Shown here piece by piece: positions 1 to 13,797 of a DNA stretch of 64,000 nt. The DNA comes from Paramecium tetraurelia (taxonomy: Eukaryota): positions 1 through 64,000 of the forward strand of contig CT868046.1 of assembly GCA_000165425.1 (NCBI GenBank), given 5' to 3'. The notes beneath the pieces were generated by a model. The model had not been told where the DNA came from. It did no database searches and saw only the letters and a program-made list of their open reading frames with translations. Each line of letters opens with the position of its first letter. Positions within the stretch are counted from its first letter, which is position 1. The translations under genes and the position numbers were made by a program.

Positions 1-1390
1 TTTAATTCTTTATTTCTTCTTTTAGTTTCTACATTTTGATCTCATTTATAAGGATATATTTTAGATTTAATTATTTTTGTTTAACTTTAAAACAATTTCT
101 TATCAAATTTGATATTTGTTAACTATTTCATATGATATTGATACGAGTTTAATTCAAACTTTTATTTCATTTTAACTTAGAGATATTTCCTGATTATCAA
201 ATTATTTTTTTTTCAGCATATTTCATTAAATTTATTTAATTAATACTATTTTTTGTTAAGATAATCTATTTCAAATCTTATTATTTTGCTTGCTATTTTT
301 TAATTTCTATTTGAATATTGATAAAGTTCATAATAAGATTATTGAACGATAAATTATTACATAGTGTTATTTTTATTGTTTTTTTATCATTATTAATTAT
401 AAGTTTATATTGTATTTCTGTAACAATATGTAAAAATAGCATAAATATTATCTTATTGTTGTATTTTGAAAACGAAACTTTTTATTGTAAATTTGATATT
501 TTTTATATAACTAAATATTTAGGTTGAGGATATAATAAAGATTTATTGAAGAGTTAAATAGCTTAAATTTAAACAAATCAACTCAGAAGAGAGCTAATCA
601 AGTTTTTAGTTATGACTAAATTTCAAATTTTTTACTTCGCATTGAAAAATTTTTGAATCTAATAATTTAAGGTTTAATTATGATTATTTAAATATTTATG
701 ATTCATTATATTTCTATTGAAAATTAAATTCGAATAACTCAAGGCTTGAAGCTTCTTAAATTCGTTCAAATTATAGAAACCTTCTTACAAATTCTATAGT
801 GTTTAACCAAATCAAAAAAAAGAAACTTTCGAATACATACTTAATTTATTGTTATATCTGATTTTTAGTATATTTTTAAATTAAATTACTTCTTATAATT
901 CCTAAAAATATAAATAAATTTCTTTTAAAAGTTTTGACTTAAAAATCTATGATCTATAACCTTTAAATTATTGTTTATATTTACTTAATTGTTTATAATA
1001 ATTGTATTTCTAAAGACTCCTCATTAATTATTATAAATAATTGAGATAAATCGTTTGGACTTGATGTATCACTTAAATTATTTAAAATGATTTTAATGAT
1101 AGCATCAATTATCCTCATCATTTGAATTTTGCATAAGAGACCTGGATATCACTTTTGAAAATCAAAAATTATAATTAGATTATGTTTTTGGATAAAACGA
1201 ATAGTCTTAGTGGTTAAATTTGAAGTATTCAAATGTATTTTGAATCACAAATTTCAATATCAAGGCTGAAAAGTGGAAAATAATTAAAATACAAGAAAGT
1301 CGAATTGTTTGATTTAATAATTTTTCCTATCAAAATCCAATTATATTTAAAAGTATTTGTATTAAATTTTATCTATATTTAAAAAAATAT

Positions 1391-2700
1391 ATGAGTACTC
1401 AAAATCTCAATCTTCATCATTAGTATTCATCTAAAGAAGGCAGCAACAAATTTCAAATTAAAAACTAATTGTCTTCAGTATTTTAATACATTTAATACCA
1501 GGAAGAAATTGGGCCAGTCTTAAAATAGCAATAAAGTAATCGAACAATCTAAGAGACTGAGAACAGGTATACATTTTTAAACCTAAATTCTAGGTTTATT
1601 AGCTACTCAAATACATCCATTTATTCGAACTAGAAATATTTAGAAAGTTATGATAAGAATTCAAAGGCTACTGTTTCTACTAAGATGATGATTGCATATA
1701 ATGAATGCCACTTCTATAAAAAATACATGGTTGAAAGAATAGTAAAGTAAAGTAAACAATGCAAAGTAATTTCTGTTAATATTTTAAGGTTGTACTTTGT
1801 CAAGAGATTGGTTCGAATTAGAAAAAAGTTGCCAAGATTTATGAAGGAAAGATGATAAATTTTGTAAAATTTATTTTTACTTAATAGGAAGATATTGTCC
1901 CAGAAATTTAGACAAATTGTAAATTATCTAACTTTCCACATAGAAATATAATATCTTTAATTGACTTATTTATAGAACATGAGCTAATTGCACTTGTTTT
2001 TGAATATTAAGAAGGCGGAACACTTTATGATTTTTTAGTTTAAAAGTAATTTTAATTAACAGATTCGGAAGTTAAAATTATCATGAAATAAATTTTAAAG
2101 GGATTACGACATCTTCAAAAATAAGAAATAATCCATCGTGACATTAAATTAGACAATATTATGTTTACAGAATTCAACAATATTAAATCACTAAAAATAA
2201 TTGATTTCGGATGTGCAGCATTTATAAATGATTCAAAAGCGAAGTCAATCAAATGCGGTACTCTTGGATATATTGCCCCTGAAATTTTGAATGATCAATA
2301 TTATGATTACTCAAGTGATATTTATAGTGTTGGAAGCATATTTCACATCTTATTGTCTGGAACTAGAATATACCCTTAATTTTTAGAATAAAAACAATTA
2401 AAAGATTTAAATTCACAGAATGCTTATAAACTAAATAAATCAATCACATGTCCTTTAACTTTAGACTTACTTAAATCTATGCTTTCTCAATAATCTACTC
2501 GACCTAAGGCAAATTGTTGTTTAAAACATGAATATTTTATAAAACCTGATCTTTCAATTACTAACTAGTAATCATCTATTTTATTAAAGACTTTAAAAAA
2601 TGCAATTCCCAAAATTAAGAAACCCTTTTCGAAAATGACTATATTCCAGAATTGTATTAAGTTACATTTATATTATTATTATTTTTTGTATGTAAATTAT
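1391..2700 (+). CDS. Ser/Thr protein kinase (CAMK-like) with N-terminal extension; several short introns; 3' end approximate
   Basis: Code-6 translation gives IIHRDIKLDNI, KIIDFG, CGTLGYIAPE, SDIYSVG and CLKHEYF. The stop codon was not pinned down. Confidence 0.85.
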
Positions 2701-3699
2701 TAATTGTAATTAATAGCAATATGCAAAATAAAAATCTTGATTATAATTATATAATTGTAGTTTTTAATCTATAAATTATTTCAGAAAAATATAAATTTGT
2801 GTTTTGGTTTTCATATAAATTTTTTTACAAGGTTGACCAACTCTTTATATTAAATTATGCCTTTTTGAATTACAAGATAATAGCACAAAAACAGAATATG
2901 TATCGAATAACATACATATAAATAATCATTTTTTTAATGACTGCTTAAAAATAAATAAGAATTTTATCAATATTTAGAACTAAAATAAAGAGATTAACGA
3001 AAACTTAACAGTGATTTATTTATATTATTATTTTTTACATTTAAGTTAGCTACTTATTAATATTCAACCAAATTGTTTAAGTGTTTGCAATAAATTAAAT
3101 CATATTATTGGAAATCGCCTTTTTATGTTTATGGTTAATTATGATAGATGAATGAATTGATTGAAGATGGTAATGAAGAGATGATAAAATGAATTATATA
3201 TGGAATAAGGAATAGTGAAATGTGATTAAAGTAAATAATTAATATAATTAAAAAAATGGATTGTGTAAAATTTATGAATGTGGTTTGTGTTTTTGCAATT
3301 CCTTTTTTTGTAATATAATAGTAATAATCCTAAATTAGATATCGCTTTACTTTATAGTTGAATTTTAACCAAACTTTTATAAATATCCGAAATCAGATCC
3401 AACGAAATTGAAAGAAGCTATTTTTGTTGCATTAATTGTAAAATTGATATTTATAAAAGCTACATATAATATTGAGTATTGTATTAACACTTTGGCATTA
3501 AAGAAGAATTAAAGCAAAAAAATAAATGTAGAAAATTGGAGATAATTATTATTAAATTCAAGGAAATATTCAAGGATCATAAGATTCAGATTGACTTAAT
3601 TATAAAATTACATAAATGTTCAATCAATTTTAATAAACTCAATTTTTTATTCATTATCTTCTAAAATAATGACTTTATTTTTTTTCACTTCTGATTAAT

Positions 3700-4540
3700 G
3701 TAATTTATAAGAGATCCAAGATAATTATTAAACATCATCTTTTTTTTAAATTGTTTTTTCTTCTTCTTTTAAAAATGCTATTCTATCATCTAATAAAATA
3801 GGTCTATGTTTTTCTGGTTCCCAATGTAAATTAATATTAAAAGTACATGAAATATTATTTCTTAATACCTAAAAATAATCATTATGAATACATATTATTT
3901 TGTATCAAATATTCCTGTGCATATAGGTTTGTGATTTACAAAGCTCTCAATTAGTTTTCTCATACTTTTTAATTTTAATCCTTTAGTTCTAAAAAGTGCT
4001 AGATTATTTTAATATTTTTCATCATATCTACATAATTGATCTTTTAATTATAGAGATTCTTTAATTTCCTCCTTAAATATAAGAAATAATTTCAAATAAT
4101 ACTTTAATACATCTTGCTTAGTTTCAAATAAATGAATATAATACATTTTTCTCGAAACATTTGAATAAACATACATATCAATTCTAACACCTTTTGAATT
4201 TAGAGGTAGAAGAGAAACAACGTAATTTTATTCTGCTTTATCTAACTCAATACCTTAATAAAATTTCCTCCAAATATTTTGATTTAATTCTTAATTCATA
4301 AGTATTTTTAATATTAATCACATTACATTTATTATCTACTTTCAATTATTTGTTTTTTTGCTTTTTTACCATTAATCTATTTAATAGAAAAATAATTATA
4401 TTTACTTTTTCAAATCAATATAGTATTCATTAATAATAACGTAACCTCTAATAGTAACATAACTCTTAATAATAGCAAATCAATCTTTCTTTCTTTTTTT
4501 ATTCATCTTTTCAAACACTTCAAATTTATATATTATTTTC
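3700..4540 (-). pseudogene. Decayed protein-kinase-like gene
   Basis: Fragments KD*FAIIKSYVTIRGY, a YIAPE-like remnant and WEPEKHRP (subdomain XI-like) are interrupted by in-frame TGAs and frameshifts. Confidence 0.3.
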
Positions 4541-4632
4541 CTTTATTTTAATATATATTAAGAATATATTACGAAAATTTGTAACAAACTTATTTTATAT
4601 ACAATTAATATAATATAAAAAATGACTCAAGT

Positions 4633-5256
4633 TCATTCAATTTACCATTCATCAGGCAAATCACAATAAATGTATGAACTCTCATCTACATACCAATAAG
4701 GAAATTTAATTTAGACTTCTTACTCAGAATTCTATTACTAAATTCTCTGATCTTAGATTTAGATTATTTACTATTATTATTAAGGAATCTGAATATCAAC
4801 TCTACTCAATTACTTTTACTTTTATTAATTAAAATAAAACAATGACTATTTCATTACAAATCGAATAATTCTCTTTTTTTGAGAATATTTTTTTGTTTCT
4901 GGAATATAGTCTTTTAAGAAATTCATCTCAGAATAGATGAAATATTCTCTAGTCTTTAATAACAATTTAATATCCTTCTTTATGGCTTGCTCTGATAAAG
5001 TAGGATTACCCTCCAAACGCATATCAACGAAATAATAGACTAAAGATAAAACTTCGCCCTTAAATCTGTCGTATATGTGTTCCTTTGCTTTCTTATAAGA
5101 GGCAATCGTTTATCTAGCAATGCCATATTTCTTAGATAATTCTTTAATACTATTAAATTCAAGTTCTTATAATATTTAAAATTTTAATTCAGGTTTTATT
5201 TTTTTATATTCCCCTCTTTATTAAACTTTTTTAATTATTTGAATATCAATACTCAT
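4633..5256 (-). CDS. HTH-psq/CENP-B-N-like DNA-binding protein (207 aa, intronless)
   Basis: Uninterrupted code-6 ORF. The N-terminus RGEYKKIKPELKFQILQELEFNSIKELSKKYGIARQTIASYKK fits a helix-turn-helix pattern. Confidence 0.7.
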
Positions 5257-5709
5257 TAATTTATTTTTTAATTTCAAAAAAATACTTTTTTCATCTAATT
5301 CTATTAACGAATATTCGTCCAATTTTTATAATATATATTTTTATTCCCTATTAATTCTATTACTTTTTATATCGATTATAAGTTTAAATTCATTAAACTA
5401 ATCAGTCTGATTTTATTAATAAAATTACTTAAAATTCATAAGATCTTAAAGAAAGAATTTAAAATATTATATATGTCTATGCATTATCATAATTAAAAGT
5501 TTGAAGTACAAGAATAATTCATGTATGAAAAAAGGAATACTCTTATTATTGATAGTTACTTATGAAGAATTCACAACTTGTATCGATAGCATTTAATTCT
5601 TTTATAAAAAATTTATATTTTTTTAAGTATGTGTTAAAATTTATCAATATTCTTGTTATTCTTGTGAGTCTAACATATTAACATTAAATTAATAATCATT
5701 TTATAATAT

Positions 5710-6811
5710 ATGGATAATTTATGCACAGTTTGTATAAATTAAAAGGCAGTTAATAAGGATTTCGAATGTAAATCTTATAGATGTGATGAAAACTGTAAAA
5801 AAGGTATTTTAGAGCCTTGTTAAACTTGTAATAAAAAGTTATCTGGGTAATATTAGCAATAAAATAAAAAAAAAGTTGACGATTTGTTAAAAATTTGTTA
5901 GAGGAGCATCTCTTTTATCCATAATTAGTAAATATATATGAAGCAATTTATTGAACATTAAATAGGAGAATTGATCAATTTACTCTAAGAGAAATAGAAT
6001 TCGCTATAGAGTAATCTAACTGAGATTTTATAAAAGAAATTGGATTTTTATTAAGAATGTGAATCAAGACTAAATATTATGAAGAAAAACAGCGATTTCA
6101 ATAAGTTAAAACAATTACCTTTTTCGTAGTTAGAGTAATATGAAGACGATAAAATTATGGATTTTGGAAATATTAAAATTTTAACTGAAGAGATTAAGAA
6201 TTTTGGAAAACGAGTTACTAGGAAAAATAATTAAAGTGTTAATCTGTTAAGCAATATGAAGAAAATTCCTAATAATGAGAATAAGGAAAACTAAAAGGAT
6301 TCCTATGAGAAAACATACTCTTCCAATATTTTTATTTCATTTTTGCCACCATTAGACGATGCAACATTAATATACAGATTAGGTTAAAAATATCAAATGC
6401 CCAAATAAAATAAGGTATTAGGATTTATCTACACAACCAATTCATGCAAATTCGGTTTTTACTATAATGTAGATTATCCAACTACTGGTTATAATAATTG
6501 TAAAGATTGCTACATCTTCTCATTAGATAATGTTTATAGAATTCCAGTATTAATTGTTTAAAATTTTTTAGCCTATGAAATTTTATCCAAAAGAAGAATG
6601 TACTAGGTATTCTTTGTTTCTAAATCACTCTAAGATTGGATTTGGTAAGGATTGCAAAGATTTGTTGATAGATTTTGAAAATATCAAAAATTCTTCTTCT
6701 AACCTAGGTTATTCATATGATATTTATTCAGAACTTGATAATGAATGTATTCTAGCAGGTAGAGGAACAAATTGGAATATTGAGATGATAGAAATATTTG
6801 AATTGAAATGA
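5710..6811 (+). CDS. TLDc-domain protein with Cys-rich N-terminus and coiled coil
   Basis: The C-terminus FGFYYN..CYIFSLDN..IGFGKDCKDLLIDFENIKNSSSNLGYSY..IEIFELK* matches TLDc. CxxC pairs occur at the start. Confidence 0.75.
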
Positions 6812-6902
6812 TTTTATTATTTACTTTTAATATAATATACTAATTTAGAGAAACAATAATAACAATGAAAATAATTTGATCTGTAAGTATATTTATGTAA
6901 TA

Positions 6903-9460
6903 TCATTTTTTCAATCCTCCTGGAGGGGTTCTAGGAATTTTAGGTTTTGAAACAAATTCTTGAATATCATTATAATTAATGTTTTATTGTCCTTGTCCTT
7001 AAATTGATTGCTTTTATTGATTGTGATGTTATTGAGCTTTTTGATTATATTTTTTATCATTTGTGTCATTATAGAAGGGGATTTCTAATAATAAATATTT
7101 ATAGTTTACATCCGACTGGCATTCTTTCTAATTAAGACTCTCTTATCTACTGAACTTCTTTTAAAATGATAGAATCCATGACTAATTTTTGATTTTCTGC
7201 CTCATCTCCAACTAATTCAAAGTCTTTTTATAACAATTCTTCTCCAACTATATTATCTTAATTATTCAGATCATCTTCTTCATCGTCATCTCCTATACAC
7301 TCTTCTTCTTCATCTTCGAGATCATCAACATCATTTTCCTCTTCCATTTGAGATTAGTCATAATCATCCTCATCAGCTTGTAACTAGGCAATCATATATT
7401 GAATTTGTTTCTTGAATTTTTCATCTGAATTTTCCAAAAGCCTTGGTAATTCTTATGGAATTTGTAGACTGTAAGCATAATCTCTAATAATCTTTCTACT
7501 GAACAATGAATAAAATGTTCCATTAGTAAAGGTTCTAATTTGATCATTAGGATAATCAATAAGTTCGTATAGAACTTCAAAAGCTAATTCTTTATGCTAA
7601 GTTAGCTCATCTTTCCCTCTAGAACTTAAGGATAGATTCATAATCAATGCAGTAATATATTCATAAGTATATTCACTGAGGTTATTTTGTTCCTAAAATA
7701 ATGTGAACTTTTTACATTTTTAAGAATTATCAATGTATGATAAATGATGTTGTTTTCAAGCATGAAGGTTTAACTTTGTTTTCTCAATGACATTTTTTAA
7801 AGGGCACCAATAGCATTCTTTCTAATTAGACTATCTGATTGTTCTTTTTTAATTAGATCGACTAAAAACTTAATAAGTGTTGGATTGACAGTTAAATATG
7901 ATCGTCCATGATAATCTGATGCTAAAGCATTTAATAGTTTTAAGGTTTAACATTAAACTAAAGGGTGAGATTTTAAAATTAAATATTAAGCTAACAATAT
8001 ATTTTTGGAGTGTGTTCCTATGATATCATGAGTTGCATAAGCCACAACCACTTATCTTCTTAAGAGAGCATTTTTAGCTCTAGTTATTCTCCATCTCAAA
8101 GCTTACAACACATTTGCCACATGTTAAAAATTGTTAGATTTTGTAAATAGCTGAATTATTTTGGGATAATTCAATGGTACATATTCTTCAATTTAATTTG
8201 ATTTAATAGGGGTTGGTAATTCTATTTTAGATAATGATATTACATTAATTATGAGCTATATTTGATATTTCTTATTCAGCCATGCTGGCTTTTTCGAATA
8301 GAGAAATGTCTTATGATTTATTCACCAAATCTTCAAAATCTTGATTGAGGAATTTTTCATACTAGAGAAGCTTCTTTTTTAAATTTTGAATCTTCTATTG
8401 GTTTTGTATAGATTAATTGGTATCAACATATTTTTATAAATCCTTTGATACTACCATTAATTCTTTACAAAGAGAAAACCATTTTTATTATGCTTCAGTG
8501 AAATTTTTCTCAGCATGATTATTCAACTCTTGATATGCTTAAACTTATTGATTTAACTTCTATTTGATTTCAGTATTATCACTTTGCAATTTTTAAATTT
8601 AATCATTTAATCTTTTAATCTCTTTTTAATGATCCTATTATTAATAATTGTTATGTTAAATTTGTTAATATTAATTTTGCTAATATTGGTTTTCATAATG
8701 TTAGACTAATTTCTATAAATGAGTGATTTATTCATTTTAAAATATTTAAGATGTGAAATCTTTTAAACGGTCTTTTAAGTCTTCAACCCATTAAGTTGTG
8801 AATAAATGTTGAAATGTTTAATGTTTTTAAGGTTATTGCACGTATGGTAATGCATAAAATGGAAGCACTTCATTTGTTTTTGATAAGTCCTCGCCTAAAA
8901 TATTTAGAAATCAATTAATACCTTTTGAATCTAGAAATTGTTTGAATGCATTGATTGACTATTTGTCTATTTGCCCTTTCTTTGATAAGTATGGATGAAT
9001 CGGATAAATTAGGAAATAGATTTAAATATAAAACTCTAATTTCCACAAGTCATAATCTTATTTGTTGTTTTAGGGCAGATGCTAATTCCATAATTTCAAG
9101 AAACTATCTCTGTCTCCCTTATCGAAATATTAAAGCATTTAATATTCTTATTAATTCCCAACTCTCTAATGATTGTATTAGGATTCATTTTCAAACTGCT
9201 CCAAAGTCTTTAAATAGTTCTATTTTAGCAAGTAATCTTAAACTATGGTGCTCATTTTATCACTTATGTTGTTTTGGTATATAAAATTTTATTCGCTTTC
9301 TTAATACTTTTCTCCCTAACTGTTACTTTGATAATACCGATTATGATTGAACAGCTGATTCTGGTCTTTTTTGTATCTAATCCTATTTACGAGGTTTGTT
9401 TAATCCAGAATCCACTTTTGCCCTTGCTTCTTGTTTTGATTATGGCTTCCTTTGATTCAT
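6903..9460 (-). CDS. ARMC9: LisH and armadillo-repeat ciliary protein ARMC9 homolog
   Basis: LisH motif IVQDYLLKQNYLKTLEQFENE, the family motif EVLPFYALPYVQQPQKHQTFQHLFTTQW, an acidic patch and C-terminal SKPKIPRTPP. Confidence 0.85.
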
Positions 9461-9502
9461 AACTGATATTTTGTAATAATTTTTATATTTATACAATTTT
9501 AT

Positions 9503-10294
9503 TCAAACGATGAAATTCCAGATTGTAGTGTAAACTTCTCTAAATTAATCCACCTTGTCTTACTTAATAAGTTCCGAAAACAATTTATAACTAGTCAAGT
9601 TACTAGAAATATCTTTTTCAATAGCTAAACTTAACCATCATTTTTACTATCAAAATTTTCTCCTTTAAAAATATAAGCATATATCAAAATAGTATATAAT
9701 TCATTTATTATATGCTTTTTCCAAATAGGAGAAGAAAATTTCAAATACATCTCTGCTTTTTTAGTAAAAACAGAATTCCCTTTAGTTTCCGAAATCAATC
9801 TACTTCCTTTCAAAATCTAACATCTTTATTTTTATAATACTTTTTCGTATATATCCAATAACTTTTCTTCCTCCAATTAAAAACAAGGCTCTTGCGCATC
9901 TCTAACGATAATGTTCTTGTCATTGAAATGACCCAAATTGCTAATCATTATTGTGAACTTCATAAAATCAGGGTCATTCATTGTAGCTACTGATTTGCTT
10001 AATTCATCATCCATTTGGTCCATCATAGGAGTTTATTCCTTTGTCTTTTTTGAAGTTGATGGCTTAACAGTTCCAGTCTATCTAAATAAAATCCAAATTT
10101 ATTACAGGTGGAACTCCATTATGTTTATTTTTTATGTGAGTATACAAAGCAGCATTTGTCCCATACTTTCTGCCACAATTTGGATCTCCGCATATGAAAT
10201 CCTTCTCTATCTCCTCCTTCTTTCTTCTATGTTTTATAGCTGCTTCTAATTTTATTCCGCTTCCAGATTATAATTATTATTCCTCTTCACTCAT
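9503..10294 (-). CDS. C2H2 zinc-finger protein
   Basis: KDFICGDPNCGRKYGTNAALYTHIKNKH; two short introns restore the frame to the TGA at 9503. Confidence 0.8.
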
Positions 10295-10400
10295 TATATT
10301 TTTATAACCAAAATATATAATTTACAAAATTTAAAAACTGAATTATATTAGAATTATTGTAATACTCATAAAATATATACATGAAAATCATTAGATTATC

Positions 10401-11048
10401 TCAATAGAAATATTAACTTTAGCTATCGTAGTCAAATGCTTTAAATGGCTCATATTGCTCTACAACTTCAGTTTTATCTTGACATTAGGTTTAAATGTTT
10501 TAGTGAAATTCCTCTTGAGAACTTATAAAAATAGATTCTTCAAAAATATTTTATTCATTAAAATAGTCCTTCTCATAGTATTATTCCTTGGATTCATCTT
10601 TTTTTACAACATTTTTATTTTTAAAAATCTCTAAGATCTCTTTTACTACCTTCTAAAAGATTCTTTACTTTTTAGATTCCAATTTAGTTTAAGGAATTAA
10701 ATGATGTAAAGGATTAACTGAGGAATTCTCAAACACCCTTTCATTCTACAAATAATTTGTAATATATTTTTTCACTTGAAGTTCATTTTTTAAACTATTT
10801 AAAATCTCAAAATTCTTGTCAACCCATTCTTATGCTCTTGTTAAAACAGCAGATAAAAATTGGCTATAGATGGGTTCTTTAGATTTTGAGTATGAAAACA
10901 CTGTTGATCTAGGCAAATTATATTCTTTTGCAATTTCAGAGATTTTTTTGCTTTTTTTGTTTAATTAACTCATTATTACACTTTTCTCTTCCTTTGTAAG
11001 ATTCTTATTGTATTGACTTCCCTTTCTTTGTTTTTTAATAGAATTCAT
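10401..11048 (-). CDS. HTH-psq/CENP-B-N-like protein (215 aa), paralog of 4633-5256, acidic tail
   Basis: Uninterrupted ORF containing NLTKEEKSVIMSQL..KKISEIAKEYNLPRSTVFSYSKSKEPIY. Confidence 0.7.
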
Positions 11049-11269
11049 AATTTTATTTAATTATAATTATAATTAATTGACTTAGAAATAATACGATTTA
11101 ACATTAATTAATTAACAGTTATTGTCAAATGAATATATATTTTAAATAACCACAATATTATCATTCCATATTAAATTAAAATTCTATGAATTTCTAAACC
11201 TGAAAAAAAGTGAATAAATATAAATTTATATTCCGTAAAAGCTTATATTAATTAAAGTATAATTATTTA

Positions 11270-11935
11270 ATGACAGAACAAATACAATTAAACTTGGGAT
11301 GCAATAAAATAATATGGGAAAGTCATGATAGAAAGGAAAGAATATATGAATTACGATAAGTTGCTCGAGATGCAAATTTTGTGAAATTTTATTGGGTTAA
11401 AGGCGCAGGATAGCGAACTCTAAGGAAGGGTAAATGGTATTGCTTTACAAATTATAAAATTGTACACAAAATTTTACGGCCAATTCTAAATTGTTATTCC
11501 AAATATAGAAGGATCACAAAGCTTGAAAAAGAGGAATTGAAAGTTGAACGAATGAGGGACCCTTATTCAAATATATTAGGAATAATTTAAGATGTAGGCC
11601 ATTTGGATCAATTTTCGAGATAATTTCCCTTTAGATTTATCGAAGTTTTGTTGGGAGATGGGAATACTGTAGTGCAAATATTCTTAAAAAATGACTTTGC
11701 CACAGAGAAAATAGAAAAATTTTAGAAAGGTGAAATAATCTATATTCATGAATGTAAAAAGAACATAAATCCTTAAACCAAAGAGATCTGGTATTCAACT
11801 TTGACGAAAAATACTAAAATCAAATTTTATCTTTAGACTATTCGATAACATGTTCGCAAAGATAAGTTTGAAGAAATTCTTAAGCTTAAGTCAAGATTAG
11901 AATTCTAAGACGAAGCAACTGGACAAATAGAGTGA
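11270..11935 (+). CDS. Putative OB-fold (RPA1-like) nucleic-acid-binding protein, 221 aa
   Basis: Intronless ORF. NILGIIQDVG..FIEVLLGDGNTVVQIFL..KFQKGEIIYIHECK resembles an RPA-type OB fold. The ORF is solid; the fold call is inference. Confidence 0.5.
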
Positions 11936-12475
11936 AATAGAGTGAGTTATTCATTTAAATTTTACTTTCCAAAACTTTAAACATTATTTTCTATTAGTAT
12001 TAATAATTTATTATTTAAAATCAATAATCTTCATAATTAAATTTTAACCTTCTATTATTGATATGATTTATCATTGTATCTCTATTTATGCATTTAATAA
12101 AGAATAGATTATATTATAAGTTTTATGTTCTCATTTGTATCAGTAAATATTATTTGACCTTCGATTCTACAGAACAAATACTAAAAATTAGAAAGTAAAT
12201 GATCTCATTTCTTAAACTGAAAGTCTCAAATTTTTAATTTTTGAATGAAAAATTCTTAAGAGATTGAAAATGAAGTCATAACTATTATTCTTCAAATATG
12301 TGAAGGATTCTTGAAATGATGGCACTTTAGCAAATTAATTATTATTTATATTTTTAATAACGATATCATCTCCCCACTAATTAGATTAAGTAAGTGCTTA
12401 ATATTAATATTAAATTTAAATTGTATATATTCAGATTGATACATATTATGAACATAAGTAGTATCAATTTAATCT

Positions 12476-13705
12476 TCAGTCATCAAAATTTGCTTTCCAT
12501 TCTTCTAATTTGTTGATATAATCTTAAGAGGTTAATTTCTTGTACTTTCTAACTACATTAAGAATGTCGCCCTAATTTCTAATTTATTCTTACATATTCA
12601 ATAATGTTTTCTGAACATTCTGATTTTATTTATATATTCTATTTATTGATATTCCCAGCTTAATCATAAGCCATCTATAGAATATTAGAAATATCACAAC
12701 ATGTGTAACCTTGAAATTTGTTGGTTAATTAATCTAATTATTCCAAAGTAAGCTTATGTTTCAAATTTGATAGCTTTTCATTTAATAAATCCAAAATTTG
12801 AAGATGATTCGGTAAAGGTATATACATTCTTTTACTAAATCTAAAATTGTATGAAAATATTCTACCTTCTTAGGACTCGAGGATTTACATTCCATGGGTA
12901 ACTTGAAATTCCTATGATTAAAAATGTGAAACTGTCTGATTGTCTTTATTTATCTAACTCTATTAACAATTCAACAAAGATATTTAATTTGGATCGATTA
13001 CTATTTAAACTCTAATTTCCTATTTACTCAAGATCATAAATTAACAGAATTGATGGCTACATGCTTCTAGCAAAATCAAAAATTTATTTAATGCATTCTT
13101 CAGGTTGGTTAAACTAGTTTTTAATTAATTATGAAATTGATAAACTTATAATTTTGGCATTTGCAATTGAAGCACTGTATTCTATTAAGTATTTTTTACC
13201 AGAATTAGGTGCCTTTAATAATATGAATGAAATACTCCATATAGAAATATCTTATCATAATAATAATGACAATTTTAAAAAAATTGAGGAAATTTAAAAG
13301 GTAAAGCTATTTCTTTCATCATACCTTTAATTGACTCTAATTATAATATTTTATTTTCTCCAACATTAGGTTTGTCTTTTACTTAAATGAAATCCATTTC
13401 TAAACCTAATCTTGCAATAACATTTAATAAATACTGTTAATAAGGATTGCAGATATACTAATACTTTTCTAAATTATTTATTTATAAAAGTTCCTTGAAT
13501 TTAATTAGTTAATTTTTATATTCTTCAATTTCCAAATTTAATTCAGAATTACAAACCTTATCTTTTAGTACTTACTAAAAATGGATAATTTATTCATAAC
13601 CAAATTTCATTTTTTCATAAGCAGCAGTCTTAGCCACTATATCAAATCCAGAAAAGAATTCCTTCTTACCTAATATATTATTTAAAATATTTAACCCGTT
13701 TACAT
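12476..13705 (-). CDS. Divergent VPS4/katanin-family AAA protein with degenerate Walker motifs
   Basis: IALPFKFPQFF, KIFLYG|intron|APNSGKK, PSILLIYDLEQ, IGISSYPWNVNPRVLRR..FSKRMYIPLPN, and EWKANF near the end. Confidence 0.75.
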
Positions 13706-13797
13706 CAATTCAAAAGCTTCCCCTAAATTATGAAATTCAATTGTATTCATTATATTTATTACATAATTAAATTATCTAAAAAATATATATTATAGTT

